Shown: positions 62,677 to 64,000 of the stretch, piece after piece | How the letters are laid out: each line of letters opens with the position of its first letter | Numbering within the stretch: position 1 is the first letter of the stretch | Assembly (NCBI RefSeq): GCF_000150275.1 | Contig: NW_002060951.1 | Span: 989,186 to 1,053,185, forward strand | Reading direction: 5' to 3' | DNA length: 64,000 nt | Origin: Trichoplax adhaerens | Taxonomy: Eukaryota; Animalia; Placozoa | Position numbers and translations under genes: made by a program | The notes under the pieces: model-generated | What the model saw: the letters and a program-made list of their open reading frames with translations, nothing else | The model's database searches: none | What the model was told of the DNA's origin: nothing

Positions 62677-64000
62677 TGTGCAAAACTTGGATGAAATCTT
62701 TGAAACTACAGCCCATGAATACTTGGCGTTTGGCTTTGAGCTAGTGAAATTGCAACCGATTTCTGGCCAAGTCTGTGGACGAGTTGTCGACTTTCACTTG
62801 GTGGACTAATGGCGGCCAACAAGATTTGCACTTTTCTCACACTACAGTACAGTTCGTACAGTACAGTATGTTGTACTGTAAGGATCCAGACTTTGTCTTG
62901 TAGCTGTTTAGAACTTGAGAAAGAAACTGAGCTTACACAGCAGTGCCGGTACTCAAACACTTGTAAATTATCCTACAATACACTAGGGCTGTTCAAGATG
63001 ATCGTAGTCTGTCGACAAATACTCTACTCAAGCGATCTTAATGGCGTTAAAGGACAGCCAACGACTACTCACTAAATCACGCCATTTATTGAGTAATTTA
63101 GGGTATCTAGTCATATTAAGTTAAGCATAATCCCCCTACTTTGTAAGGTTGATTCTTACTTCTATGGACTACTGCATGTTGTTGTTTTTTACCAGCTAAA
63201 AGCTGTTGTTGAAGAAGAGCGTTCAATACCGAACGCTGAAAATGGACGGCCAACGATCAAGCTGATACACAATCTTTCCACTTTACATAATTTCTCATCA
63301 TGTAATGGGCTAACACGATCCATGCTTGTTGATGATGTATACTCTATACTACTGTATGGAGGAATCAGCTGTCTACATCAACAATGATCCAAGTTATTTG
63401 CATGCGCTAAATCCATTTTAATGAGTCAACTTTGCCACCACAATATCAATACATTTAGACTCTAATTGAAGTTACTCCATGCAATTTCCTCGAAATTGAA
63501 TAGATCCACATGAGTTATACAATTTTCACCGTATAGAATTCACTCATAATACGTAAAATAAATAGAAAAATAGCGCCTAATTAAAATAAAATTGATTCAG
63601 GATATTGACTATTGAAAAAATCAACTAATAATTATATGAACGTCAGCCAGCATGGATCAGACGATCATTACACAGTACCAGTGGGACTTTCTAGCATTTT
63701 TGATTATTATGAATTGTGGGAGGCGGTCTATTATTGGCCATCTGTCCTACAAAAATATCTGAAGTAACATTCATTCATGAATAATTCATTTCTTCATCAT
63801 TTATGGCTAAAATCTCTTATCCAAAATACAACTGTCATCTAAATGGATATAAATTCTTGCCAAATTAGATTAAGTAGAACTTGAATTCAAACCTGATTGT
63901 ATTATTTTTGCTCCATTTTGGCTCCATGTTAGGCATAAATTCCACTGGAAAGACCTTTTATCAGCCAATTAATTGTAGACAGTACAATGTAGCAAACGTC

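Noticed and set aside
63190-64000. Possible exons of a next gene divergent from PTBP
   Set aside because: Only short open segments with no recognisable homology; there is not enough evidence inside the window.

Overview
AT-rich, gene-dense, intron-containing animal DNA. Short GT-AG introns, composition and the divergence of the proteins suggest an early-branching metazoan such as a placozoan (Trichoplax-like); this is an inference. Ten protein-coding genes were reconstructed by hand: STIL (-, 3' end outside the window), calreticulin (-), a C19orf44/DUF4614 homolog (+), a Disabled/Dab PTB adaptor (+), TBCC (-), a divergent FANCC-like gene (+, tentative), a PI3K class IA regulatory subunit with an SH3-C1-SAM-C1-RhoGAP-SH2-iSH2-SH2 architecture (-), NDUFAF2 (-), an SCP2-less HSDL2 (+) and PTBP (-). 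There are several tandem-repeat arrays, including a 1.3-kb GC-rich higher-order satellite just upstream of the PI3K regulatory gene. Main highlights: a 34-nt PTBP exon equivalent to the vertebrate autoregulatory NMD-switch exon; a perfect ERSE upstream of calreticulin; and two gene neighbourhoods (CALR/C19orf44 head-to-head, HSDL2/PTBP) that are also neighbours in human. No CRISPR array, rRNA, tRNA or transposase was found. Homology calls come from recalled protein sequences, not database searches, and internal exon boundaries are approximate.
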